64,000 bases of DNA from Eledone cirrhosa. Taxonomy: Eukaryota. Each line of letters starts with the position of its first letter. Position 1 is the first letter of the stretch. The position numbers and the translations under genes are program-made. The stretch is taken from assembly GCA_964016885.1 (NCBI GenBank), contig OZ024740.1, positions 269,452,001 to 269,516,000 on the forward strand. Reading direction: 5' to 3'. Positions 1-17,320 of this stretch are shown here, piece after piece. The notes under the pieces are model-generated. The model was not told the DNA's origin. It searched no databases and saw nothing but the letters and a program-made list of their open reading frames with translations.

Positions 1-31
1 TATATATATACATACATATATATATATATAT

Positions 32-90
<59 letters not shown>

Positions 91-181
91 CATACATATA
101 TATATATATATACATACATATATATATATATATATACATACATATATATATATATATATACATACATATATATATATATAT

Positions 182-242
<61 letters not shown>

Positions 243-263
243 CATACATATATATATATATAT

Positions 264-294
<31 letters not shown>

Positions 295-367
295 CATACA
301 TATATATATATATATATACATACATACATACATATATATATATATACATACATACATATATATATAT

Positions 368-398
<31 letters not shown>

Positions 399-418
399 CA
401 TACATATATATATATATA
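1..418. repeat. Compound (TA)n/(TACA)n microsatellite
   Basis: Only TA runs interrupted by CATA units; runs off the window edge. Confidence 0.98.
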
Positions 419-2300
419 ACTTTGAAATGTTTTGGCCAGTATTGGCCCAGACCATGTCTAACTTAATAGCACCACCTGGCGAAGTCTTTCAATTCAGGAT
501 TTGGGCACCATGGCCCATTCGAGAAGAGAATTACTGTTTGCGGAGACATATCCGGGTGTGGGTGGTTTGTCCGGGATTACTTGGAGGAATTTGTCCAAAG
601 ACTTCTTGAATTTTGTGTGGTCAGTTTCTGTTTTGACGTGTCCTGGTGTGATGTTGAAGAGAGCAGGGCCGATTGAGGTGAAATAATTGTGCCGTATTGT
701 TGTTATGAGTTGCGATTTAGATTTTTGAATGGGACGGATAGCACGGGGCCCAAGCCTTGGGTGTATCTTGAAGGCGATGCCAACATCATTTGGGCAGTGA
801 TGATGGAACATTTTCCACATCATGCAGATAATATAACGCTCACGGCGACGTTGGAGTGAGTAAAGTTTCAGGTTTTCCAATCGACCCCAGTAGTCAAGGT
901 CTGACATGCCATCTATCTTTTTCGTGATTGCCCTTTGAGGAGCTTCAAGTTTCATGATACTTTGTTTCGTGTGGGGAGACCACAGTGGACAACAGTATTC
1001 AAGGTGTGGTCGGGCGAAAGTAGAGAAGAGAAGGATAATGGTGCGGGAATCTCTCGACTGGAAGGTTCTGAGGATCCAGGAACACATTCTGCGGGCCATG
1101 TCAACTTTGCTGCTTATATGCGTGGTCCAGCTTATGTTGCTGTCCACGGTTACTCCCAAGTCTCTGATGTTGTTAGATGCCACGAGAGTTTCCCCGGAGG
1201 GAATTGAGTACGGGAGTTTCAGAGCATCCTCTTTTCCAAAGTGGATCAGTTCGAATTTGTCTTCGTTCAGTAACATGTTGTTCTTTTCTGCCCATTGGGT
1301 AACAGCCAGTAGGTCTGACTGAAGGCTTATCCGGTCATCCACGCCATTGATGACCTTTTGGAGCTTGGAATCATCAGCGAAAATTTTAATGTTGCTGTGT
1401 TTGATGATGTCAGTGATGTCATTAATATAGATGATGAAGAGAAGTGGGCCCAACACAGTGCCTTGTGGGACTCCACTACTGACTTTGGCTGGGCTTGATT
1501 TGACTCCCTCAACTACAACATGTTGGGTTCTGTTTGACAGGAAGCTCTTGATCCACTGCAGCAGCTTTCCAGTGACACCAATATTGGACAGCTTTCTCAG
1601 TAGAATGTTATGATCAACCCTGTCAAAGGCCTTGCTGAAATCAAGGTAGATAACATCAGTGTTGGAACCCTCTCCCAAGGCTCTCAAAATGTCATCAAAG
1701 TGATGCAGTAGTTGCGTCAGGCAATCCCTTCCATTACGGAATCCATGCTGGTTGGAGTTCAGCATATTGTTACTCTCAAGGAAGTGGGTCATTCGCGATC
1801 TCACCACTCGCTCAAATACCTTAATGATATGAGAGGTGAGTGAGATTGGACGGTAATTCACGGCAAGGGATTTGTTTCCCTTTTTGAAAACTGGGACAAC
1901 AGACTGGGATAGAAGGTTTTCTGGCACATATCCAGCATCCAGTGAGTTCCGCCACAGATTGGCAAGAGGAGAAGCAAGTTGGTGTTGACACGCCTTCAAG
2001 ACACAAGCAGGGAACCTATCGGGACCTACTGCTGAATTATGCTTGATTTCCTTTATTGCCGCCAAGACATCAGGGGCGCCAAACGTTATGTCCGATAAGG
2101 TGTAATGGGGAGTAACATCGCCGATACAGCCCAGATCGGCCATATCAGGATTGCTGAAAACAGAGCAGTATTGTTTCTGCAGTATCTCACCCATGGTTTT
2201 AGCATTGTCTTGAAGAGTGCCATTTTCATCAATTAGAGGGCCAACAGTAGAGCCAGTGATTTTGTGTTTTTTTGCAAATGAAAAGAACACTTTGGGATTG
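419..2300 (-). mobile_element. 5'-truncated CR1/L2-type (Jockey superfamily) non-LTR retrotransposon
   Basis: Uninterrupted ~600-aa RT frame (494..~2300, minus) with motifs [42 protein letters not shown] and the CR1/L2-like tail [13 protein letters not shown]. Short 3' UTR at 419-493. Both ends abut (TA)n/TACA. Confidence 0.9.
494..2300 (-). CDS. Partial ORF2 reverse transcriptase of the CR1/L2-type LINE (endonuclease domain lost)
   Basis: The real protein starts at [11 protein letters not shown]; the YI-repeat N-terminus of the 954-aa track ORF is microsatellite read-through. Confidence 0.85.
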
Positions 2301-3362
<1,062 letters not shown>

Positions 3363-5579
3363 ATTGGAATAAATGCTCTGAAATAGCGATATATATGTGA
3401 ATATAGACATAGAATATTCGAAAATATTCTGTATGTTTATAATAAACATTTTGAAGACCTAATCGCTATAGAATAGAATACGTCACGTATTACAATTAGA
3501 TTCTCGACAAAAGCAAGGGAAGTAATCAACGCGTTTCATTCTCGTTAGAAATCATCAGGACTACATATCCAGTGCTTTTATCGAGAATGACACAGCTAGA
3601 GACTTATAGAATACTTAGCTGTGTACAGGAACTGGTTTGAAAGAGCGGTTGCCGGTCCGGCAGAAATTAGAAATTGGAATAAATGCTCTGAAATAGCGAT
3701 ATATATGTGAATATAGACATAGAATATTCGAAAATATTCTGTATGTTTATAATAAACATTTTGAAGACCTAATCGCTATAGAATAGAATACGTCACGTAT
3801 TACAATTAGATTCTCGACAAAAGCAGGGAAGTAATCAACGCGTTTCATTCTCGTTAGAAATCATCAGGACTACATATCCAGTGCTTTTATCGAGAATGAC
3901 ACAGCTAGAGACTTATAGAATACTTAGCTGTGTACAGGAACTGGTTTGAAAGAGCGGTTGCCGGTCCGGCAGAAATTAGAAATTGGAATAAATGCTCTGA
4001 AATAGCGATATATATGTGAATATAGACATAGAATATTCGAAAATATTCTGTATGTTTATAATAAACATTTTGAAGACCTAATCGCTATAGAATAGAATAC
4101 GTCACGTATTACAATTAGATTCTCGACAAAAGCAAGGGAAGTAATCAACGCGTTTCATTCTCGTTAGAAATCATCAGGACTACATATCCAGTGCTTTTAT
4201 CGAGAATGACACAGCTAGAGACTTATAGAATACTTAGCTGTGTACAGGAACTGGTTTGAAAGAGCGGTTGCCGGTCCGGCAGAAATTAGAAATTGGAATA
4301 AATGCTCTGAAATAGCGATATATATGTGAATATAGACATAGAATATTCGAAAATATTCTGTATGTTTATAATAAACATTTTGAAGACCTAATCGCTATAG
4401 AATAGAATACGTCACGTATTACAATTAGATTCTCGACAAAAGCAAGGGAAGTAATCAACGCGTTTCATTCTCGTTAGAAATCATCAGGACTACATATCCA
4501 GTGCTTTTATCGAGAATGACACAGCTAGAGACTTATAGAATACTTAGCTGTGTACAGGAACTGGTTTGAAAGAGCGGTTGCCGGTCCGGCAGAAATTAGA
4601 AATTGGAATAAATGCTCTGAAATAGCGATATATATGTGAATATAGACATAGAATATTCGAAAATATTCTGTATGTTTATAATAAACATTTTGAAGACCTA
4701 ATCGCTATAGAATAGAATACGTCACGTATTACAATTAGATTCTCGACAAAAGCAAGGGAAGTAATCAACGCGTTTCATTCTCGTTAGAAATCATCAGGAC
4801 TACATATCCAGTGCTTTTATCGAGAATGACACAGCTAGAGACTTATAGAATACTTAGCTGTGTACAGGAACTGGTTTGAAAGAGCGGTTGCCGGTCCGGC
4901 AGAAATTAGAAATTGGAATAAATGCTCTGAAATAGCGATATATATGTGAATATAGACATAGAATATTCGAAAATATTCTGTATGTTTATAATAAACATTT
5001 TGAAGACCTAATCGCTATAGAATAGAATACGTCACGTATTACAATTAGATTCTCGACAAAAGCAAGGGAAGTAATCAACGCGTTTCATTCTCGTTAGAAA
5101 TCATCAGGACTACATATCCAGTGCTTTTATCGAGAATGACACAGCTAGAGACTTATAGAATACTTAGCTGTGTACAGGAACTGGTTTGAAAGAGCGGTTG
5201 CCGGTCCGGCAGAAATTAGAAATTGGAATAAATGCTCTGAAATAGCGATATATATGTGAATATAGACATAGAATATTCGAAAATATTCTGTATGTTTATA
5301 ATAAACATTTTGAAGACCTAATCGCTATAGAATAGAATACGTCACGTATTACAATTAGATTCTCGACAAAAGCAAGGGAAGTAATCAACGCGTTTCATTC
5401 TCGTTAGAAATCATCAGGACTACATATCCAGTGCTTTTATCGAGAATGACACAGCTAGAGACTTATAGAATACTTAGCTGTGTACAGGAACTGGTTTGAA
5501 AGAGCGGTTGCCGGTCCGGCAGAAATTAGAAATTGGAATAAATGCTCTGAAATAGCGATATATATGTGAATATAGACAT
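3363..5579 (-). mobile_element. Left arm of the 310-bp hammerhead-containing tandem array (retrozyme-like), ~7.15 copies
   Basis: Unit starts at 3363, 3673, 3982 (after a 1-bp deletion), 4292, 4602, 4912, 5222 and 5532; copies are essentially identical. Confidence 0.9.
3501..3587 (-). ncRNA. Type I hammerhead ribozyme, first of 7 minus-strand copies (others 3811-3896, 4120-4206, 4430-4516, 4740-4826, 5050-5136, 5360-5446)
   Basis: Reverse complement of the fold described at 5809-5895. Confidence 0.85.
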
Positions 5580-7572
5580 CGAGAATCTAATTGTAATACG
5601 TGACGTATTCTATTCTATAGCGATTAGGTCTTCAAAATGTTTATTATAAACATACAGAATATTTTCGAATATTCTATGTCTATATTCACATATATATCGC
5701 TATTTCAGAGCATTTATTCCAATTTCTAATTTCTGCCGGACCGGCAACCGCTCTTTCAAACCAGTTCCTGTACACAGCTAAGTATTCTATAAGTCTCTAG
5801 CTGTGTCATTCTCGATAAAAGCACTGGATATGTAGTCCTGATGATTTCTAACGAGAATGAAACGCGTTGATTACTTCCCTTGCTTTTGTCGAGAATCTAA
5901 TTGTAATACGTGACGTATTCTATTCTATAGCGATTAGGTCTTCAAAATGTTTATTATAAACATACAGAATATTTTCGAATATTCTATGTCTATATTCACA
6001 TATATATCGCTATTTCAGAGCATTTATTCCAATTTCTAATTTCTGCCGGACCGGCAACCGCTCTTTCAAACCAGTTCCTGTACACAGCTAAGTATTCTAT
6101 AAGTCTCTAGCTGTGTCATTCTCGATAAAAGCACTGGATATGTAGTCCTGATGATTTCTAACGAGAATGAAACGCGTTGATTACTTCCCTTGCTTTTGTC
6201 GAGAATCTAATTGTAATACGTGACGTATTCTATTCTATAGCGATTAGGTCTTCAAAATGTTTATTATAAACATACAGAATATTTTCGAATATTCTATGTC
6301 TATATTCACATATATATCGCTATTTCAGAGCATTTATTCCAATTTCTAATTTCTGCCGGACCGGCAACCGCTCTTTCAAACCAGTTCCTGTACACAGCTA
6401 AGTATTCTATAAGTCTCTAGCTGTGTCATTCTCGATAAAAGCACTGGATATGTAGTCCTGATGATTTCTAACGAGAATGAAACGCGTTGATTACTTCCCT
6501 TGCTTTTGTCGAGAATCTAATTGTAATACGTGACGTATTCTATTCTATAGCGATTAGGTCTTCAAAATGTTTATTATAAACATACAGAATATTTTCGAAT
6601 ATTCTATGTCTATATTCACATATATATCGCTATTTCAGAGCATTTATTCCAATTTCTAATTTCTGCCGGACCGGCAACCGCTCTTTCAAACCAGTTCCTG
6701 TACACAGCTAAGTATTCTATAAGTCTCTAGCTGTGTCATTCTCGATAAAAGCACTGGATATGTAGTCCTGATGATTTCTAACGAGAATGAAACGCGTTGA
6801 TTACTTCCCTTGCTTTTGTCGAGAATCTAATTGTAATACGTGACGTATTCTATTCTATAGCGATTAGGTCTTCAAAATGTTTATTATAAACATACAGAAT
6901 TTATTATAAACATACAGAATATTTTCGAATATTCTATGTCTATATTCACATATATATCGCTATTTCAGAGCATTTATTCCAATTTCTAATTTCTGCCGGA
7001 CCGGCAACCGCTCTTTCAAACCAGTTCCTGTACACAGCTAAGTATTCTATAAGTCTCTAGCTGTGTCATTCTCGATAAAAGCACTGGATATGTAGTCCTG
7101 ATGATTTCTAACGAGAATGAAACGCGTTGATTACTTCCCTTGCTTTTGTCGAGAATCTAATTGTAATACGTGACGTATTCTATTCTATAGCGATTAGGTC
7201 TTCAAAATGTTTATTATAAACATACAGAATATTTTCGAATATTCTATGTCTATATTCACATATATATCGCTATTTCAGAGCATTTATTCCAATTTCTAAT
7301 TTCTGCCGGACCGGCAACCGCTCTTTCAAACCAGTTCCTGTACACAGCTAAGTATTCTATAAGTCTCTAGCTGTGTCATTCTCGATAAAAGCACTGGATA
7401 TGTAGTCCTGATGATTTCTAACGAGAATGAAACGCGTTGATTACTTCCCTTGCTTTTGTCGAGAATCTAATTGTAATACGTGACGTATTCTATTCTATAG
7501 CGATTAGGTCTTCAAAATGTTTATTATAAACATACAGAATATTTTCGAATATTCTATGTCTATATTCACATA
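5579..7572 (+). mobile_element. Right arm of the same 310-bp array in inverted orientation, ~6.4 copies
   Basis: Reverse complement of the left-arm monomer. GAGAATCTAA recurs at 5581, 5891, 6201, 6511, 6821, 7151 and 7461; one 20-bp duplication at 6901-6920. Confidence 0.9.
5809..5895 (+). ncRNA. Type I hammerhead ribozyme, first of 6 plus-strand copies (others 6119-6205, 6429-6515, 6739-6825, 7069-7155, 7379-7465)
   Basis: Core CTGATGA (5838-5844) and GAAA (5859-5862). Stem II TTCT-AACG-AGAA; palindromic CGCG in helix III; UU cleavage site (cut after 5868). Stem I GTAGTC/GATTAC is extended by GGA/TCC and a 15-bp helix TTCTCGATAAAAGCA/TGCTTTTGTCGAGAA. Confidence 0.88.
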
Positions 7573-11755
<4,183 letters not shown>

Positions 11756-12387
11756 TCAGATGTTGTTTACTCGAGAGAAGGCTACGTTGGTATGGATGCG
11801 CATGAAAGTCGATAGCTGTATAACAAAGTGCAGGGCAATAAAGATAGACGGTAGTCACGGAATAGGCAGACCTAGAAAAACCTGGGACGAGCTGATAAAC
11901 TCCGACATCACACACTTACACCTCTCCAAGACAATGTCACTGGACCGAGACCTTTGGCGGTACTCAGTAACAGAGAAGACCCGCCTTACCTAAATATATA
12001 GTAAAACCTACTCCAGCCAGTAGGCATCTCTAACAAAATACACCCCGTCCCACCACCACCACCCCCACCCCATCCACACCACCCCGTTCTATCTAAAGTT
12101 ATGTTGGTGCCGCGCCACCCAGGCCGAAACAAATGAGATCGTGTAGGTGTCACGACAAAAAAACACACAGTCCACGCTGTAATGTGGGCGTGTAGGCAAC
12201 ACGGTAAAAACCTCCCAGACCCACACTGTAAATGTGGTTGGTGTTAGGAAGGGCATCCAACTGTAGAAAACCTGCCAGACTGTCCTATGCGAGCAAGACA
12301 ATCACTCTTGCCTCAAGTGGGACTACCCCCGTCCAAACCCATGCAAGCGTGGAACACGGACGTTAAACGTTGATGATGATGATGATG

Positions 12388-12388
<1 letters not shown>
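11756..12388 (+). mobile_element. 5'-truncated RTE LINE (C-terminal coding end, 3' UTR and (GAT)n tail)
   Basis: Near-identical to 14684-15071; encodes GIGRPRKTWDELI; ends ACGTTAAACGTT(GAT)n. Confidence 0.85.
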
Positions 12389-12464
<76 letters not shown>

Positions 12465-12539
12465 CATATACATATATACATATATATACATATATAAATA
12501 TATACATACATATATATATACATATATATCTATATGTAA

Positions 12540-15071
12540 ACACTAAATCCCTCCCCCATGAATAATGCACCTCCCAACATAGACTGATAATTAGCGACCT
12601 CATAGTCAGGACGAGACGTACTCGACAGCAGAAGAGGACTATCCTCAGGAGAAAAATATGGAAGCTAAAGGACCCCACAGCCAGAAATAAATTTCAAAGC
12701 ATATTACTTGATGCTTTTGACAGTAAGGAAGAACATTTAGAGTCGGACAATATAGAGGGACAGTGGGAATTTCTGAAAGCAAACCTGCTGTTGGCGACAG
12801 ACGAAGTCTGTGGCTGGAGCAGGCCTGTAGGCAGGGGGAGAGTAACATGGTGGTGGAACAGTAACGTGGAGGGGTCAATTAAGGCCAAAAAGCAGGCTTG
12901 GAAAGTATGGCGGGATGGGGGAAGTAGAGTAGACTATCAAGTGGCCAGGAGGGAAGCTAGGAGAGAAGTGTACTTAGCAAGAAGGGAAGCTGAGGAAAGA
13001 AAGTTCAAGCATGTTCTACAACGTGATGACCAAAAACGTGAGGTGTTCAGGATTGCTAGGCAATGCGTCAAGGAAAACCGTGATATTGTCGGGGAGAAGT
13101 GTGTACTTAACGATGATGGCATACTTGCCATCACCGACACTGATAAGAAGGTAGCTTGGAAGTGTCACTATGAAAGGCTACTAAATGAGGAGAATAAATG
13201 GGAGAAAGACAGTCTCCCCCATATCGACCCAATAGAGGGACCAGCAGTGTTAGTCGAGGGGAGTATAGTAAGTTAGGCAATCAAGGATATGAAGACGGGT
13301 AAGGCGGCTGGGCCTTCGGAAATAGTTGCTGAGATGCTGAAGGCATCTGGCACGGTGGGACACATCATGGTCACCCGCATAGTTAACCAAGTCATACAGA
13401 ATGGGGTTGTTCCGAAGGACTGGCATAGCAGCATCATCGTTAACTGTTATAAGGGTAAAGGTGACGCCCTAGATAGGAGTAACTATAGAGGCATTAAATT
13501 AATCGACCAGGTCATGAAGGTCACGGAAAAAGTAATAGCGCAACTAATCAGAAAGAGAATTGACCTAGATGAAATGCAGTTCGGGTTTGTGTCAGGCAAA
13601 AGTACCACAGACGCTCTTTTCATAGTACAACTACAGGAGAAGTACCTAGCTAAAGGTAAACCCCTCTACTTAGCTTTTGTCGACTTGGAGAAAGCCTTCG
13701 ACAGAGTCCCCCGCTCCATTATCTGGTGGGCTCTTAGAAAACTAGGCGTTGACGAATGGCTTGTGAGGGCTATGACGAATGGCTTGTGAGGGCTATACAA
13801 GCCATGTATAAAGAAACAGTCAGCAAGGTTAGAATTAACAACGAATATAGTGAAGAGTTTAGCGTAAAAGTTGGCGTCCATCAGGGCTCTGTTCTCAGCC
13901 CCCTACTATTTATTATTGCCCTTCAGGCTATTACAGAGGAGTTCAAGACAGGCTGCCCATGGGAACTCCTATACGCAGACGACCTGACACTCATAGCGGA
14001 ATCAATGGACGAGCTAGAGAAGAAATTCCAAACATGGAAGCACGGCCTAGAGTCAAAAGGACTTAAAATTAACCTGGCTAAGACCAAAGTTGTAGTTTGT
14101 AGGAAAGAAAACAAGGCGGCGGTCCCTTCTGGGAAATGGTCGTGCTCGGTGTGTAGGAAAGGCGTAGGTAGAAACTCCATTTTATGTCCTAAATGAAAAG
14201 TATGGGTGCATAAAAGATGTAGTGGGATCACAGGTAAGCTAACTAAGAACATAGATTTTACATGTGGCCGGTGTTCTGGTGCAATAAGTAGCAGCAAGTG
14301 CCCACAAAATACCAGCTCTTTCAATTGCGCAGAGGGTTCTATAGAAATAGTGGACAGCTTCCGTTACCTGGGCGATAAAATCAGCAGTGGGGGAGGGTGC
14401 TCTGAAAGTACTGTAGCTAGAGTCAGAACTGGTTGGAAAAAGTTCAGAGAGCTTATACCACTATTAGCTGCTAAAGGGTTCTCCCTAAAAATGAAAGGCA
14501 GGTTGTACAATGCCTGCATACGAACAGCAATGTTGCATGGCAGTGAGACCTGGGCATTGTGTGCAGAGGATATACGCAGACTAGAGAGGAAAGAAGCTTG
14601 CATGCTCCGCTGGATGTGTAACAGTAATATACGTGAACGGCAAAGCAGAAACGAACTAAGGAAAAAATTAGAGATAAGAGGGATCAGATGTTGTTTACTC
14701 GAGAGAAGGCTACGTTGGTATGGACACGTGATGCGCATGAAAGTCGATAGCTGTATAACAAAGTGCAGGGCAATAAAGATAGACGGTAGTCACGGAATAG
14801 GCAGACCTAGAAAAACCTGGGACGAGCTGATAAACTCCGACATCACACACTTACACCTCTCCAAGACAATGTCACTGGACCGAGACCTTTGGCGGTACTC
14901 AGTAACAGAGAAGACCCGCCTTACCTAAATATATAGTAAAACCTACTCCAGCCAGTAGGCATCTCTAACGAAATACACCCCTGTCCCACTACCCCACCCC
15001 ATCCATACCACCCCGTTCTATGTAAAGTTATGTTGGTGCCGCGCCATCCAGGCCGAAACAAATGAGATCGT
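12540..15071 (+). pseudogene. Disrupted RTE-clade LINE ORF (RT, PHD-like finger, C-terminal domain) with truncated 3' UTR
   Basis: Motifs NYRGIKL, DLEKAFDRV, GVHQGSVLSP, YADD, GSETW, GRPRKTW. In-frame stops at 13274 and 14194; 23-bp duplication at 13751-13796. Confidence 0.92.
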
Positions 15072-15249
15072 AAGGCTTTTTCTTACATAATTATCTCACA
15101 TAATATCAAATCTATGAGATTTTGATATTATTTATTTGATATTTATTTGAGAGCAATACCTTAACATATGAGCAGCCAGTTACGGCCGGTTTGAAAACAA
15201 AGAGGTCAGAGAATTCTGGCCAGATATGACTGGTTTAAATGCTAATGGG
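15072..15249. mobile_element. Truncated piggyBac-like MITE (same family as 22011-22221, opposite orientation)
   Basis: Ends AAATGCTAATGGG followed by TTAA; the body is reverse-complement similar to 22011-22180. Confidence 0.6.
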
Positions 15250-15354
15250 TTAATGCATTCTGCATTAAATATCTTATCACTAACTTAGCTACTGCTTTAT
15301 TCATACAGATCATATCAACAGTATCACAGAGTAATCCATTCTCCTAATATATCA

Positions 15355-15600
15355 ATCATCATCATCACCGTTTTACGTCCGTTCTTCCACGCTAGCATGG
15401 GTTAGACGGGTTGTCCTGTTGTGGGCAGTGTCTGGTCGGCTGACCATGCCTTGCTCATACAGGAACTGATTTGGCTTGATTACACCAACCTCATTTACAG
15501 TGAGTGCTGGGTGCTTTTTCGTGGCGCCTACACGTCCACTTTACAGTGTGGGCTGGGTGCTTTTTTGCCATGGCACCTCCACGACCACCTTGCAGTGGGA
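15355..15600 (-). mobile_element. RTE 3'-UTR-derived fragment
   Basis: (ATC)n tail and reverse-complement similarity to 23700-23995. Confidence 0.65.
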
Positions 15601-16627
15601 GGGTTTGGGGGCATATTGTCTATATGCTTCAGCTTGTACCCATGGGAGGTCGGGTACTCTGTATTACTGCGTGACACCAGAGGTCAATATTTCTATAAAT
15701 GTCCATTTTCATACATTTACATGCTGATTCTTTCATCACTAATTTGTCAAATATGGAACCTATGACTGATTGAAGAGGTCTAATAAAACCAAAATATGCA
15801 CAGAGTCGTTTCTGTTATTTGCTGAAAGACTCAAAATAAGATTTATGATTCATATTGTTTCGTCTGTACTGCATGATTCTAGTTAATATATTTAATGCTC
15901 CCAACATTAAAAATGTCAACACTCATTCAACTATTTATAGAATGGTTTAGTTATTTCCAAAATATTAATTTTTATTCATATGTTCCTATCTACACTATAC
16001 TTCAATCATCTCCAGGTTCTCTGTTTCTAAATATTTACATACTTCTTGGCTGGGTGTGAACTCAGAACCTCTATTTCTAATACAAGTTTTCAGTGTTTGT
16101 TTTATTTATTTATTCAGTTATAGTCCTGTAGAACATCTGAAGATGATTGGAGAGTAGCATGACTAACAATAGTGTGGATAGAAACACAATATAAACTTAA
16201 TATTACTCACGCTATTGTGATTTTAGTCTTCTAAAACTATTGATTAACTGCCTAAATCAGTTTGAAGCCATTATGGGATTTAACTGGTTTTCATAGCAAA
16301 TTCTAATTGTCAATGAATTGTTCATAATCCACATGTTAGACAATGTTATAACAGCAAAACTTTCTCCCAAAACCAATATTCTTACTACGGATATTAATCA
16401 GATAATTTTCCCCTTAGGAATTTCAGATCATTTTAGATGTGAACACAAATTAGATAGAAGTTTAATTTTCAGACTAGAATACACCTCCTCGGTGGATATT
16501 GTATTAGTCTCAAGTTAAATATAAATACATTTGATGTGACCCATTCTCTGGTTATATTACAAAGTTAAATATAAATACATTTGATGTGACCCATTCTCTG
16601 GTTAGATGACAAAATTAAATATGTATA

Positions 16628-16795
16628 CCGTATTCCCCGGCGAGAAAGATGCTACTTTTTTCATAAAATAAGCCTAAAAAATCTACCATGCTTCCTGGAG
16701 GTGGAAGGTTGTTTATTATTTTTTTTCAAATTTTTGGTTGTCAAAATTATGGTGAATCCTTGAGAAAAAAGTGTCTTCAGCACCGGGAAATAGAG
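16628..16795. mobile_element. Tc1/mariner (pogo/Tigger-like) MITE
   Basis: Imperfect TIRs CCGTATTCCCCGGCG / CACCGGGAAATAGAG with TA on both sides. Confidence 0.6.
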
Positions 16796-17320
16796 TAAAT
16801 ACATTTGATGTGACCCATTCTCTGGTTAAATAAATATAAATACATTTGATGTGATCCGTTCTCTGGTTAAATAAATATAAATACATTTGATGTGACCCAT
16901 TCTCTGGTTAAATATATATAAATACATTTGATGTGACCCATTCTCTGGTTAAATAAATATAAATACATTTGATGTGACCCATTCTCTGGTTAAATAAATA
17001 TAAATACATTTGATGTGACCCATTTTCTGGTTAAATAAATATAAATACATTTGATGTGACCCATTCTCTGATTAAATATATATAAATACATTTGATGTGA
17101 CCCATTCTCTGGTTAAATATATATAAATACATTTGATGTGACCCATTCTCTGGTTAAATATATATAAATACATTTGATGTGACCCATTCTCTGGTTAAAT
17201 AAATATAAATACATTTGATGTGACCCATTCTCTGGTTAAATATATATAAATACATTTGATGTGACCCATTCTCCGGTTAAATATATATAAATACATTTGA
17301 TGCGACCCATTCTCTGGTTA

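Noticed and set aside
3363-7572. Array as a palindromic sequencing or assembly fold-back
   Set aside because: The arms join out of register, end at different monomer positions, and the flanks are not reverse complements of each other. Exact copy number still needs read support.
16797-17320. CRISPR-like reading of the 41-bp repeats
   Set aside because: No unique spacers; it is a contiguous minisatellite.
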